From the IMG/VR virus record IMGVR_UViG_3300021958_000002, positions 6-64,005 of that record: a stretch of 64,000 nt of DNA; one strand, given 5' to 3'. Under the pieces are notes generated by a model, which saw only the letters and a program-made list of their open reading frames with translations, had not been told where the DNA came from and made no database searches. The translations under genes were made by a program, and so were the position numbers. Shown here one piece after another: positions 44,855 to 54,918 of the stretch; position 1 is the first letter of the stretch; every line of letters begins with the position of its first letter. Source of the stretch: a virus (lineage: Duplodnaviria > Caudoviricetes).

Positions 44855-44918
44855 CATAACTGGATAATGCAACAGCCTTCTAAGCTGTCGATTAAGGGTT
44901 CGAGTCCCTTCAGGTGTA
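44845..44918 (+). tRNA. trnR-UCU: tRNA-Arg(TCT)
   Basis: Acceptor GCACCTG/CAGGTGT; anticodon arm ACAGC-CTTCTAA-GCTGT; T loop TTCGAGT; CCA not encoded. Confidence 0.9.
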
Positions 44919-44930
44919 CAATTAAATACA

Positions 44931-47054
44931 ATGTCAGTTTTAATAGACATAGATGGATATAAGGATAAGGGGATTAAGATCGATCCTAACGGCACAGAGG
45001 GAAGTGTCGTCGAATCGAATGGGCTACTTATTTCGCTACCAAAGCAGCCGCCCAGATCGCAAATTCTCTTCAATGACTTACCAGAAGGCTTGCAGATGTG
45101 GCAGCGCCTTCCTATGCCTGAGGAACTGCAAAGGATTCGAAGTATGGATGAGTGGTTCGAGAAACCTGCCGAATTTCGAAAAAAGTTTAATCCTTACATC
45201 GAGCAGGAATTTCAGCGTCGCCGTGACGGTGTTTGGTTTTACAATAATGGGGAACCTACGTACATTACAGGGCGGCACTATATGTTTTTACAATGGTCTA
45301 AAATCGATGTCGGATATCCATCATACCTCGCATTCCAGAGAGACATCTTTCTGCATATGGCTGCTTGCGAGACTGATCCTCGTTGCCTCGGTCAGCTTTA
45401 TACTAAGTGTCGTCGTTCTGGCTACACTAATATTTGTTCCGCTGTACTTGTTGACGAAGCTACGCAAGTTAAAGACAAGCTTCTTGGGATTCAGTCGAAG
45501 ACTGGTAAAGACGCTCAGGAGAACATCTTCATGAAAAAAGTGGTGGCTATTTTTCGTAGCTACCCGTTCTTCTTTAAGCCCATCCAGGACGGTACCACCA
45601 ACCCACGTATGGAGTTGGCGTTCCGTGAACCCTCTAAGCGTATCACGAAGAACAACAAAACCTCGTACAAGGGGGATGCTCTCAACACGGTCATCAACTG
45701 GAAGAATACGACGAACAACGCATACGATGGTGAGAAGCTCCACATCATGTACCTCGATGAGGCTGGTAAGTGGGAGAAGCCAAGCGATATCAGGGACGCA
45801 TGGAGGATACAGCGAACCTGTCTTATTGTAGGTAGAAAGGTGGTTGGGAAGGCTTTAGTGGGGAGTACAGTAAACCCTATGGATAAGGGAGGCAAAGAGT
45901 ATAAAGACCTGTGGAGAGACTCTCACCCTGGTGAGCGCAACGCTAACGGTAGGACACGATCAGGTTTATATCGCATATTCATCCCAGCTTACGATGCCCT
46001 AGAGGGCTTCTTTGATAAGTACGGGAATGCTGTTGTTGAGGACCCAAAACAAACGATAGAGGGGCTCGATGACGAGTACATTTACATGGGGAGCAGGACA
46101 TATCTCAAGAATGAGCGGTCCAGCTTTAAACACGACGCAAGCGAACTAAACGAGATTACCAGGCAGTTCCCATTCACTGAGGACGAGGCATTCAGAGACA
46201 GTATTGAGGGGAGCCTGTTTAACATTGGTAAGATATACGAGCAGATTGAGCATAATGAAGAGTTGTACCCAAACCCTGTAGTTAAGGGCAACTTTATGTG
46301 GAAAGACGGGGTACAGGATACGGAGGTTGTGTTCCGTCCTGACGCTCGTGACGGCAGATTTAAGGTAGCCTGGATGCCGCCAAAAGAAATCAGAAATAAG
46401 AAGCTTGTTGAGCGTGGCAAGATGATACCCCCAAACCCTCAGATCGGCGTTGGTGGGGTTGACTCGTATGATTTGGATGCCACCGTTGATGGGGGAGGGT
46501 CGAAAGGTGCTTTACACCTATATAATAAGTTCCATATGGAGCACCCATCAAATATGTTTGTTTTAGAATATGCCTCTCGACCCCCTCTCGCCAAGATATT
46601 CTATGAGGATGTACTTATGGCTGCTTATTTCTATGGGTATCCAATACTAATCGAGAACAACAAGTATGGGATCGCAAGGTACTTTGAATCAAGGGGTTAC
46701 GACGGTTACTTAATGGACCGTCCAGAGCACTTGAAGTCGTCTGGTTCTGCCTCCGTAAAGACTAAGGGTATCCCATCTAACTCGCAAGATGTGATTCAAG
46801 CTCACGCCCATGCTATCGAGGCTTTCATTCACGAATATGTGGGTGTGAATAACGAAACTGGGGAGATGGGTAGGATGTATCTGAACAGTACGCTGGAGGA
46901 CTGGATAGGGTTTAAAATCAACGACCGTACTAAGTTTGACCTTACCATCAGTTCAGGTTTAGCCCTTCTTGCGGCCCAAAAAGTTAAACAAGAAAAGCCC
47001 AAATCTAACTTCGATGAGCAGCGATTTTTTCGCAAATATACCGTGAGGGGATGA
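44931..47054 (+). CDS. terL: Terminase large subunit (crAss-like type)
   Basis: Walker A variant KCRRSGYT; Walker B YLDEAGKW; VGSTVN; nuclease GGVDSYD and DLTISSG. Confidence 0.9.
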   Translation: MSVLIDIDGYKDKGIKIDPNGTEGSVVESNGLLISLPKQPPRSQILFNDLPEGLQMWQRLPMPEELQRIRSMDEWFEKPAEFRKKFNPYIEQEFQRRRDGVWFYNNGEPTYITGRHYMFLQWSKIDVGYPSYLAFQRDIFLHMAACETDPRCLGQLYTKCRRSGYTNICSAVLVDEATQVKDKLLGIQSKTGKDAQENIFMKKVVAIFRSYPFFFKPIQDGTTNPRMELAFREPSKRITKNNKTSYKGDALNTVINWKNTTNNAYDGEKLHIMYLDEAGKWEKPSDIRDAWRIQRTCLIVGRKVVGKALVGSTVNPMDKGGKEYKDLWRDSHPGERNANGRTRSGLYRIFIPAYDALEGFFDKYGNAVVEDPKQTIEGLDDEYIYMGSRTYLKNERSSFKHDASELNEITRQFPFTEDEAFRDSIEGSLFNIGKIYEQIEHNEELYPNPVVKGNFMWKDGVQDTEVVFRPDARDGRFKVAWMPPKEIRNKKLVERGKMIPPNPQIGVGGVDSYDLDATVDGGGSKGALHLYNKFHMEHPSNMFVLEYASRPPLAKIFYEDVLMAAYFYGYPILIENNKYGIARYFESRGYDGYLMDRPEHLKSSGSASVKTKGIPSNSQDVIQAHAHAIEAFIHEYVGVNNETGEMGRMYLNSTLEDWIGFKINDRTKFDLTISSGLALLAAQKVKQEKPKSNFDEQRFFRKYTVRG

Positions 47055-47059
47055 TTGAT

Positions 47060-47067
47060 TATATTTG
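47060..47067 (+). promoter_or_regulatory. -7 element TATATTTG upstream of the portal
   Basis: gatTATATTTGcac; ATG at 47089. Confidence 0.65.
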
Positions 47068-47088
47068 CACAATATAAGACATCCGCTG

Positions 47089-49521
47089 ATGTACCAATCG
47101 AAGAACAAAACTAACTTTCCAGACCCTCTAGCTCCGCAACAAGAAAAGCAGGATAAGAAGTATGGCTTGCAGTATGCAAAGGCCATTGAGTCTCAGTGGG
47201 GGAAGATGTCTGAAAAAACGTCCCTGTATGGAACGCGGAACGAGGTGTTTGATCGTAACAGAGACTACGCTAATGGTACTCAAGACACGAGTATCTACAA
47301 ACAGCTGCTTACCGCACTCAACCCACAGGACGGTGATGGTAGCTTGCTCAACCTGGACTTTACCCCTGTACCTATCCTGCCCAAGTTCGTGAGGGTGGTT
47401 GTAAACAAAATACTATCTAGGGACCCCTACCCAAACCTTGAGGCTGTAGATCCACTATCATCTTCTGAAAAAAACAAAGAAAAACAACGAATCAGAAATC
47501 AGGTTGCAATTAAGAAGGAGCTTGAACAGCTGAAGGCTGTCACTGGTGGGATGGTGCTTGATATGGATCCAGATATGTTGCCTGATACGTTGGAGGAGGC
47601 TGAAATTTTCCTGGATACGAATATTAAGACTGACGCTGAGATTGCAGCACAGATAGGCACAAACATGACGCTGTCTTGGAATAATTTCTCTGACAGCATC
47701 TTTAGACGTTGTGTCAACGATATTGCTGCTGTGGGTATGGCTGTTGTGAAGCGAGAGAATGACCCCAACTACGGGATCAAGCTTGACTATGTTGACCCAG
47801 CTAACTTCATCCACAGCTACACAGAAGACCCTAGCTTTGAAGACATGACCTACGCTGGACATGTGAAGAGGGTCACAATTGAGGAGCTGAAGCGCATGGC
47901 AAACGGTCAACTCACCGATGACCAACTAAAAGAGGTAAAGAAAAAGGCCACGAAGAAAACTTCTGACCTTGCTCGGAATGCTGTCTACGATCCTGTAACC
48001 AATCAGAGAGACTATGACGAGTACATGATTGAGATCATGAACTTTGAGTTCTTGTCTCTTGAAAAGATGTACTTTGAGGAGAAGGAGAATAGATACGGAA
48101 ACACTGGTTTCTTTTATGAGGGGTACGAGTACAAGGAGAAGAAAAACTCTGTGTTTGAGCGCACCCCATACGAGATGGACATTATGTGCATCTATGAGGG
48201 TGTTTACATCCTAGGTACCGACATTATCTTTAACTACGGGAAGAAAGCAAACGTACCAAAAAACATACACGACATCTCTCGTGCTAGGCTTTCTTATTCT
48301 GTTGTAGCAACTAATCTTCGAAGATCGAAGCCAAAGTCTATGGTGGATAGCTGTGTTGGCTTTGCTGACATGCTACAGCTAACTCACCTCAAGATACAAC
48401 AGGCTATCGCTAAGGCAAAGCCTGATGGCTTGATCATTGACATCGAGGGTCTTGAGAGCGTACAGCTGGGCGGTGGGGGTGAGTTGCAACCGCTTGATCT
48501 TCACGACATCTACGAGAAGACTGGTGTTTTCTACTACAGAAGCAAGAACCCAGAGGGTGGATTCCAAAACCCACCAGTCCGTACGATTGACAACCACATT
48601 AGAAACATCAACGAGCTGGTTGCTTTGTACAACCACTATCTCCGTATGATCCGTGACACTACGGGCATTAACGAGATGATGGATGCGTCTACACCAAAGG
48701 GCGACACACTGGTTGGTGTTCAACAGAATGCTATTGCTGCTGGAAACAACGCTACGTACGACATCACGAATGCTTCTATGATTCTTTTCAAGAAGGTTTG
48801 TCAAGACGTCGTAAAGTGCCTTCAAATTCTCCCAGAAGACTCTGTTATCATGAGTGTATACAAGAACGCTGTTGGTGAGGAGAACATGAACGTGCTGTCT
48901 TCATTTAGTGACCTTCCTATGTACAACTTTGGTGTACAGGTCGTTAAGGACATGGAAGATAACGATAAGATGTATCTAGAGCAGAACATTCAAGTGGCTC
49001 TTGCTCAGAAGGAGATTGACCTCGAAGATGCGCTCGCTATTAGAAACATCAAAGACGTCAATCAGGCTGAGCGTCTGCTTGTGGTTCGCCGCAAGAAGCG
49101 AATTCAACAACAGCAAGAGGTCGCTATGCAAAACTCTCAGATGCAAGCTCAACAAGCACAAATGGCGGCACAAGCAGCTTCTCAAGCCAAGATGCAAGAG
49201 GTTCAGCTAGAGGCTCAATTAGAAGCTCAAAAAATTCAACTTAAAGCCCAGGCTGAGATTCAAGTTGGTGCAGCTTTGCACGAGCTTAAAAAGGAGATCG
49301 AAATGATTAGGGCACAGGCTACGCTTGGATTCAAAGAAGAGGAGAAGAACTTCAAAGAGAAGATTGAAATCCTCAAAGAAAACAGAAAAGACGAAAGAGT
49401 CGAAAAGGAGGCTGTACAACAAAGCAAACTCATATCTCAACGCCAAGGAAAAAGAGGGGAGCTTTCAGGAGATGCTAATGCATTTGATTCCTCCATGATT
49501 AGATCAATAATGGGTTCATAA
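47089..49521 (+). CDS. Portal protein
   Basis: Follows TerL; LN.DFTPVPILPKFV.VVVN, HLKIQQAIAK.KPDG, GINEMMD motifs; Gln-rich C-terminal barrel. Confidence 0.85.
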   Translation: MYQSKNKTNFPDPLAPQQEKQDKKYGLQYAKAIESQWGKMSEKTSLYGTRNEVFDRNRDYANGTQDTSIYKQLLTALNPQDGDGSLLNLDFTPVPILPKFVRVVVNKILSRDPYPNLEAVDPLSSSEKNKEKQRIRNQVAIKKELEQLKAVTGGMVLDMDPDMLPDTLEEAEIFLDTNIKTDAEIAAQIGTNMTLSWNNFSDSIFRRCVNDIAAVGMAVVKRENDPNYGIKLDYVDPANFIHSYTEDPSFEDMTYAGHVKRVTIEELKRMANGQLTDDQLKEVKKKATKKTSDLARNAVYDPVTNQRDYDEYMIEIMNFEFLSLEKMYFEEKENRYGNTGFFYEGYEYKEKKNSVFERTPYEMDIMCIYEGVYILGTDIIFNYGKKANVPKNIHDISRARLSYSVVATNLRRSKPKSMVDSCVGFADMLQLTHLKIQQAIAKAKPDGLIIDIEGLESVQLGGGGELQPLDLHDIYEKTGVFYYRSKNPEGGFQNPPVRTIDNHIRNINELVALYNHYLRMIRDTTGINEMMDASTPKGDTLVGVQQNAIAAGNNATYDITNASMILFKKVCQDVVKCLQILPEDSVIMSVYKNAVGEENMNVLSSFSDLPMYNFGVQVVKDMEDNDKMYLEQNIQVALAQKEIDLEDALAIRNIKDVNQAERLLVVRRKKRIQQQQEVAMQNSQMQAQQAQMAAQAASQAKMQEVQLEAQLEAQKIQLKAQAEIQVGAALHELKKEIEMIRAQATLGFKEEEKNFKEKIEILKENRKDERVEKEAVQQSKLISQRQGKRGELSGDANAFDSSMIRSIMGS

Positions 49522-49522
49522 T

Positions 49523-49948
49523 ATGGCAAGTAAAGCAAACTTAGACGTAGCTGAAAAGCTAGACATCACTTGTAGAAAGGGGGATACATTTGAACTCTCT
49601 TTGAACTTCAAAGACAGTACTGGCACTGCCATTCCTCTCGTCACTGACGGGTATGAATTCTTCATGCAGGTGCGCGGTGCAAAAAGAGCCTCTAACTCTA
49701 AAGGGTCTCTGGTTGCTGGTACGCTTACCAAAGGCGACCAGGCAAAAGGCGAGAACAGAACTCAAAATGTAGGTTTTGTGTTTGAAGATATTGACAATAG
49801 CGGAAACGTCACTGTAAGGGCTTCAGCTGATACCATGGCTAACTTTCCAGCTGGGCGGTACGCTTACGACCTGCAATACACCGTAAACAACAAGACCACT
49901 ACCGTCCTCAAGGGTAGCTTTACTGTAAACGATGATATCACTGCGTAA
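49523..49948 (+). CDS. Ig-like / BppU-like fibre adaptor
   Basis: LDITCRKGDTF...G.Y.YDLQ...G.F.V..DIT. Confidence 0.6.
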   Translation: MASKANLDVAEKLDITCRKGDTFELSLNFKDSTGTAIPLVTDGYEFFMQVRGAKRASNSKGSLVAGTLTKGDQAKGENRTQNVGFVFEDIDNSGNVTVRASADTMANFPAGRYAYDLQYTVNNKTTTVLKGSFTVNDDITA

Positions 49949-52683
49949 TGGCAAAGGTCACGGTCAGCTTAGAAAGAGGCGAACGTGGCGCCACTGGACC
50001 GCAGGGACCCAAGGGTGACAAGGGCGATACTGGGGATACAGGCGCAACAGGACCTCAAGGAGATCAGGGGATTCAGGGTATCCAGGGTCCAGCTGGAGAT
50101 ATATCAACCTCCACTACAGACGACCTCACAGAAGGCTCGTCAAATCTGTACTACACAGACTCCAGGGTAGAGAATAATTCAGCTGTAGCGGCCAACACAG
50201 CCAAAGAGGGGTATACAGACGCCAAGGCTGACGCTCGAATAGCAGCGGCTAGCATAGATGACCTGTCTGATGTGGACACCAGCACTGCTGCTCCTACTGA
50301 TGGTCAGGCATTGGTCTGGAATAACACGAACAGCGAGTGGGAGCCAGGAGATGTATCTTCGTTTACGGAACTTAGTTCAGTGAACTATTGGTTTTATGAC
50401 GGGAAGTTTTACGATAGCGACAACGAGAACCAATCTAATCCGCTGGGCGTTTACTTTAAGTCAGACGGAACAAAGATGTATATCGTTGGCGGTGGAAGTG
50501 ACGACGTAAATGAATACTCGCTTTCTACCGCTTGGGATCCAAGCACCGCCACGTTTACTGAAGATCAATACCTTTCTCCAACACCAACTAGTTGTTATAT
50601 ATCTCCTGATGGAAGTAAATTCTTCTGGGCTGACTCAAACACCAGGAGAGTGTATTATGCAACCATGGATACCGCGTGGGATGTATCTGATGACTCATGG
50701 ACCAAGTACTACAACAACAACGACTCCCTATACGACTCTGGGCTTCAACCCTTGAGTCTGTATTTTAAACCAGACGGCACCAAGCTGTATGTTGGTTACT
50801 CTAATAACGATACTATATACGAATACAACCTCACAACGGCCTGGGACTTAACAACAGCCACAAGAAGTGGAGGCTCCTATCAGGTTCATGACGTCAATGC
50901 AAACTCACAGCCCAGGGGATTAACTATTAGTGATGACGGGCTAAAGATGTACGTTGTCGATCACTTGGAAAACATACAGGAGTTTGAATTTTCTACAGCT
51001 TGGGATATAAGCACATTAAGCTTTGTAGGGCATCAAGCGCTTGGCGAACCAGATACAGCTTATGAAGACATATACTACAACGCTAATAATTCAGATTATG
51101 CTTTTATTGTAGGGGATTCAAACAACAGGGTTTACAGGTTTAACACTAAAGCCATTGAACCTTCAGACGACGGCACATTTGCTGCTGACGTTATATACAC
51201 GCCAAAGCTTTTTATGTCTTCTATTTCTGGAAATAGCATTTCTTGCACTGGAGCTATAGTAGGCGGAAATGGCTCTGGATGGACTGGTCAGGCTAACGGC
51301 GGTGCTATGAATGTGACGGGCCTTTACACTAATGTTGGTTTTTTTAATGTTAGGAATAGCCAAAAAGGAATACTATTTGCCCCGTCTCACTCTAACTGGC
51401 AAAACAACGCGGCGTCAGGAACAGGTATAATGCTTTCTCCGTCAGAAGATTACCTCGATAACGGAAGAAGAACCATTCTAATACCCAGCGTTAACGGAAC
51501 CCTCAAGACTGATCAGGACACTTTCTACCTTGGAAGATTTGATTCTGAAGCTGAATCAAAGGTTACTGGTGCTACAGAAGACATAGAGTACTACTTCACG
51601 GCGCGAGCTGACGGGCAAGGAGAGTTTCAAAGGGTGCTTGGAGTCCTCCCAGCATCAGGCCAAACCCTAACCAGAACGAGCTACTATTCTAACAAGGCTT
51701 TTGCTGATCCAGATACAGCAGCTGATTGGACACAGGGGACAGCCTATACATCTACCACTCTGGCTTCATCTATCTCTCAATCTCAAGACGCTATATTGAA
51801 TGTTCAGTCTACTGGTACTCCTCCTCTTTCAACCAAAATTGTTATTTCTAACTATCTTGGTTCTTCAGGTTTTTTAAGTGCAGACGTAGATGGATTTGAC
51901 GGTACATCAGTAGTGTATAGTCTCCGTCAAGTAAATCACCTTTACGGGGGCGCTGCAATAAGGGTGGTAAACGATAGCGACGTAGAGGCTGATATAGGGT
52001 TTGACTCTAATTACGAACTCGACACTACGGCTCTTTTGACTCATTGTGGAAGCGGCGATGGGTACCTTGTGAAGTGGTATGATCAGTCTCAAGGAGGCTC
52101 TACGGGGGATGGCAATGACGCTACTTGGTATGACAACGCTAGTTACTCTAGCAGAAAACCAAAGATTGTGTCTGCTGGATCTGTATTAACGGATAACGGA
52201 AAGCCCTGTGTTGAAACCATAGACGCCACCATGATTATGGATAGCGAGTTCTCTGCTTCTGCTGAATACGATATTTGGCTGGTTTGTCAGAAAACCACAA
52301 CAAACACCAACCACGGTATGATTTTAGGTACCCAGGTGGGCAACGACAACAGACTCTGGTTTAGGACTAATTTGAACTGGCAAATCAACGGGGGGGCAAA
52401 TGAGCAGGGCGGTTATGGCACCTTTGGAACGATTGGACAAATGATATTCAACGCCAGAAGAGACTCATCAAACATAAATACTGCTCAGAGAAACGATGTG
52501 GTTGGTAATCATAACTACAACAGAAGTGGAGCGTTTAGGTCTGGCTATATTCTGGGCGCTTGGAACAACATTGTTTACACTTTTGACGGTAACGTACAGG
52601 AGATCATCATGCTTGACGGTGACAAGTCTTCTGAGCGTTCTGCTATTCTTTCTAACTTAAACACGTATTACAGCGTTTACTAA
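49948..52683 (+). CDS. Tail fibre / receptor-binding protein (collagen repeats, beta-propeller repeats, lectin-like tip)
   Basis: G-x-y repeats; four or more F/I.xDG.K.Y....Y.L.TAWD repeats; YSLRQV...WYDQS domain. Confidence 0.8.
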   Translation: MAKVTVSLERGERGATGPQGPKGDKGDTGDTGATGPQGDQGIQGIQGPAGDISTSTTDDLTEGSSNLYYTDSRVENNSAVAANTAKEGYTDAKADARIAAASIDDLSDVDTSTAAPTDGQALVWNNTNSEWEPGDVSSFTELSSVNYWFYDGKFYDSDNENQSNPLGVYFKSDGTKMYIVGGGSDDVNEYSLSTAWDPSTATFTEDQYLSPTPTSCYISPDGSKFFWADSNTRRVYYATMDTAWDVSDDSWTKYYNNNDSLYDSGLQPLSLYFKPDGTKLYVGYSNNDTIYEYNLTTAWDLTTATRSGGSYQVHDVNANSQPRGLTISDDGLKMYVVDHLENIQEFEFSTAWDISTLSFVGHQALGEPDTAYEDIYYNANNSDYAFIVGDSNNRVYRFNTKAIEPSDDGTFAADVIYTPKLFMSSISGNSISCTGAIVGGNGSGWTGQANGGAMNVTGLYTNVGFFNVRNSQKGILFAPSHSNWQNNAASGTGIMLSPSEDYLDNGRRTILIPSVNGTLKTDQDTFYLGRFDSEAESKVTGATEDIEYYFTARADGQGEFQRVLGVLPASGQTLTRTSYYSNKAFADPDTAADWTQGTAYTSTTLASSISQSQDAILNVQSTGTPPLSTKIVISNYLGSSGFLSADVDGFDGTSVVYSLRQVNHLYGGAAIRVVNDSDVEADIGFDSNYELDTTALLTHCGSGDGYLVKWYDQSQGGSTGDGNDATWYDNASYSSRKPKIVSAGSVLTDNGKPCVETIDATMIMDSEFSASAEYDIWLVCQKTTTNTNHGMILGTQVGNDNRLWFRTNLNWQINGGANEQGGYGTFGTIGQMIFNARRDSSNINTAQRNDVVGNHNYNRSGAFRSGYILGAWNNIVYTFDGNVQEIIMLDGDKSSERSAILSNLNTYYSVY

Positions 52684-53291
52684 TGGCACTAACCTTTGAC
52701 GGAGATACAACGCAGGTAACGATAACCCCAGAGAGGAGATCCTCTATTGTGGTTACGAAGCCGTCTGACATTTCTATAGATGTCACGACTGCTGATGCGC
52801 TGGTGAAAACAATCACGCAGTCTCTCGTCAACAACACGGTAAACGTGTCTGTCCCTTCCCCTACGTCCATGACGGTTACCAAGCCGTCAGATATCACGGT
52901 GGAAGTCCTTGAGAAAGGTAGCAGGGGAGAGAAAGGAGAGAAAGGAGATGCTGGCGTAGGATTCCCAGCTGGGGGAACAACGGGTCAGTATATGATTAAG
53001 ACGTCAGATGCTGATTATGACGCTACGTGGACTTCAGTTGCTGGGAGCGGCCTGTTTAACGTAGTAGAGGATACCACTCCACAGCTGGGCGGTAACCTCG
53101 ACGTACAGTCAAGCTCCTTGTTCACCAGCACTACAGACGGTAATATCACAATAACCCCCAACGGAACTGGGTATATAAACCTTGATGGAACCATAAAGTT
53201 TAGACGGTTCAGCTCCCCACCAACAGCTTTTGAGGGGGGTATGTATGCAGACGATCAGGACAACCTGTTTTTTGGTGTTAGTGATTCGTAA
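52683..53291 (+). CDS. Tail fibre-associated protein
   Basis: Short collagen stretch, GGTTGQY..K.S.ADYD..W, DTTPQLGGNLD. Confidence 0.65.
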   Translation: MALTFDGDTTQVTITPERRSSIVVTKPSDISIDVTTADALVKTITQSLVNNTVNVSVPSPTSMTVTKPSDITVEVLEKGSRGEKGEKGDAGVGFPAGGTTGQYMIKTSDADYDATWTSVAGSGLFNVVEDTTPQLGGNLDVQSSSLFTSTTDGNITITPNGTGYINLDGTIKFRRFSSPPTAFEGGMYADDQDNLFFGVSDS

Positions 53292-53325
53292 TAAAAATTA
53301 GTATCTTTACAAAAAAAAATAATAG

Positions 53326-54576
53326 ATGGCTACTTGGAAAAAAGTCTTAACAGACTCAGATAAGGCTACAGATGCAGCATCAGGTGTAGCAGACGGCGAA
53401 ACTGGCTTAGTAACTGGTAATGCGGTATACGACTATATCGTAGCGCAGAACTTTGGTAGTGGATCAGGAGACATTACTAGTGTAGTAGTAACTGCTGACG
53501 ATTCAAACACCGTAGGCTCTGCCACTGGTGACGCCAACTTCACTATTGCTGGTGGGGAGGGTATTGACACCTCTGCTACTGGATCTACTCTTACGATTGC
53601 GGCTGAAGATTCTTCTGCTTCAAACAAAGGTGTTGTAATCGTAGCCGCTGGTGAGGGGATTGACGTTTCTTATTCATCTGGTACGGCAACGGTTTCTGGT
53701 GAAGACGCAACCACTACGAACAAAGGTATCGCAAGTTTCGCCACTGCTGATTTTGCGGTAAGCTCTGGGGCTGTTACAATTAAGGCTCTAGGTGTATCTA
53801 ACGCTCAGCTTGCTGGCTCGATTGATAACTCTAAACTCTCTAATAGCACTATTAGTGGGGTTTCACTTGGGTCAGACCTCAACAACTTGAGATCGACAGC
53901 TGGGGGCGGTATTTCTATGACCACTTACAATGGTAGCGCTGCTGTTGCAGACGTAGAGATCGACATCAATTCGATGTCTGCCATCGCCTCGACCGCCAGC
54001 ACAGACGCCTTGGTTATTTATGACGCTTCTGGAACGACTCACGGTAAGCTGAGTGTTTCTGCTCTTCAGTCGTACATGCAGTCAAACCTTACGTTTACGA
54101 CCAACACGGATACTGATGTAAGTGTATCAAACCTTGAGACTCGCCTTGGGCAGATCGACTCCAACGTAACCATTGGTAATTCGTCGTCTGTTGATACAAC
54201 CATCTCTGGGGATCTCAACGTGACTGGAGACCTTACGGTTAGTGGTACGACCACAACGATCAACACTACCAACCTCTCAGTAGAGGACAAGCTGATCAAG
54301 CTCGCTGATGTAACCACCCCAACCACTACCACTGCAAACGGAGCTGGTATTCAGGTCGAGGCTTCAGCAACAGAGGCAGAATGGCCTGAACTTAAGTGGA
54401 GTAACTCTGGAAACCTTTCTGGGTGGAGTCTTTCTGACTACAAGGCAACATCAAACACAGACTACCCCGTATCTGTTATGGAGTTTGGTACCGCAGCTCC
54501 TTCTGGTACCCCAGACGCTGGGGCAGGTTTGTTCTTCTCTGATACCACAAACAGCAACCTGTATATCTACATCTAA
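53326..54576 (+). CDS. Tail fibre protein
   Basis: Repeated AGEGID.S and A...NKG modules; G.LTVSGTTTTINTTNL.VEDK shaft motif. Confidence 0.75.
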   Translation: MATWKKVLTDSDKATDAASGVADGETGLVTGNAVYDYIVAQNFGSGSGDITSVVVTADDSNTVGSATGDANFTIAGGEGIDTSATGSTLTIAAEDSSASNKGVVIVAAGEGIDVSYSSGTATVSGEDATTTNKGIASFATADFAVSSGAVTIKALGVSNAQLAGSIDNSKLSNSTISGVSLGSDLNNLRSTAGGGISMTTYNGSAAVADVEIDINSMSAIASTASTDALVIYDASGTTHGKLSVSALQSYMQSNLTFTTNTDTDVSVSNLETRLGQIDSNVTIGNSSSVDTTISGDLNVTGDLTVSGTTTTINTTNLSVEDKLIKLADVTTPTTTTANGAGIQVEASATEAEWPELKWSNSGNLSGWSLSDYKATSNTDYPVSVMEFGTAAPSGTPDAGAGLFFSDTTNSNLYIYI

Positions 54577-54767
54577 TGGGTATTGTTGCGAAAGGAGGCG
54601 CCTCAGGGGGTGCTGACTTGAACGATCAGGAGCTGAGATACATACTCACCCTGATTTCAACCTCTAAGTTTGACGGAAAGGACGTGTTTGTAGTTGCAGA
54701 CATCGTAGATAAATTAAATAAAAAAATAGAATTAAACCACAATGAAGCTAGGAATAAACGAGGTTAG
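54576..54767 (+). CDS. Small helical protein, putative fibre chaperone
   Basis: L...EL..IL..I....F.GKD...V..I..KL pattern. Confidence 0.5.
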   Translation: MGIVAKGGASGGADLNDQELRYILTLISTSKFDGKDVFVVADIVDKLNKKIELNHNEARNKRG

Positions 54768-54918
54768 CTTTATCCATCAGGCGGTTATGTCTGTTAGTAT
54801 AAAGGGTAGCGATGCAGTTCAAGTTGCTGGACTGATTGAAAAGTTAGAAAAGGAATTTACACGTCTACAAAAGTTAGAGTCAAAGAAAGATGGCAACATG
54901 GAAGAAAGTAATAGCTGA
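54742..54918 (+). CDS. 58-aa paralog of the preceding gene, absent from the ORF track
   Basis: MKLGINEVSFIHQAVMSVSIKGSDAVQVAGLIEKLEKEF; translated by hand. Confidence 0.55.
   Translation: MKLGINEVSFIHQAVMSVSIKGSDAVQVAGLIEKLEKEFTRLQKLESKKDGNMEESNS

Noticed and set aside
44953-45895. Long alternative-frame and antisense ORFs over terL (also 10137..10640, 21640..22077, 47458..47925, 48379..48825 and similar)
   Set aside because: They lie wholly within well-supported genes and have no motifs or expression signals; shadow ORFs
49978-50097. Collagen G-x-y repeats as a novelty
   Set aside because: Common in phage fibre proteins
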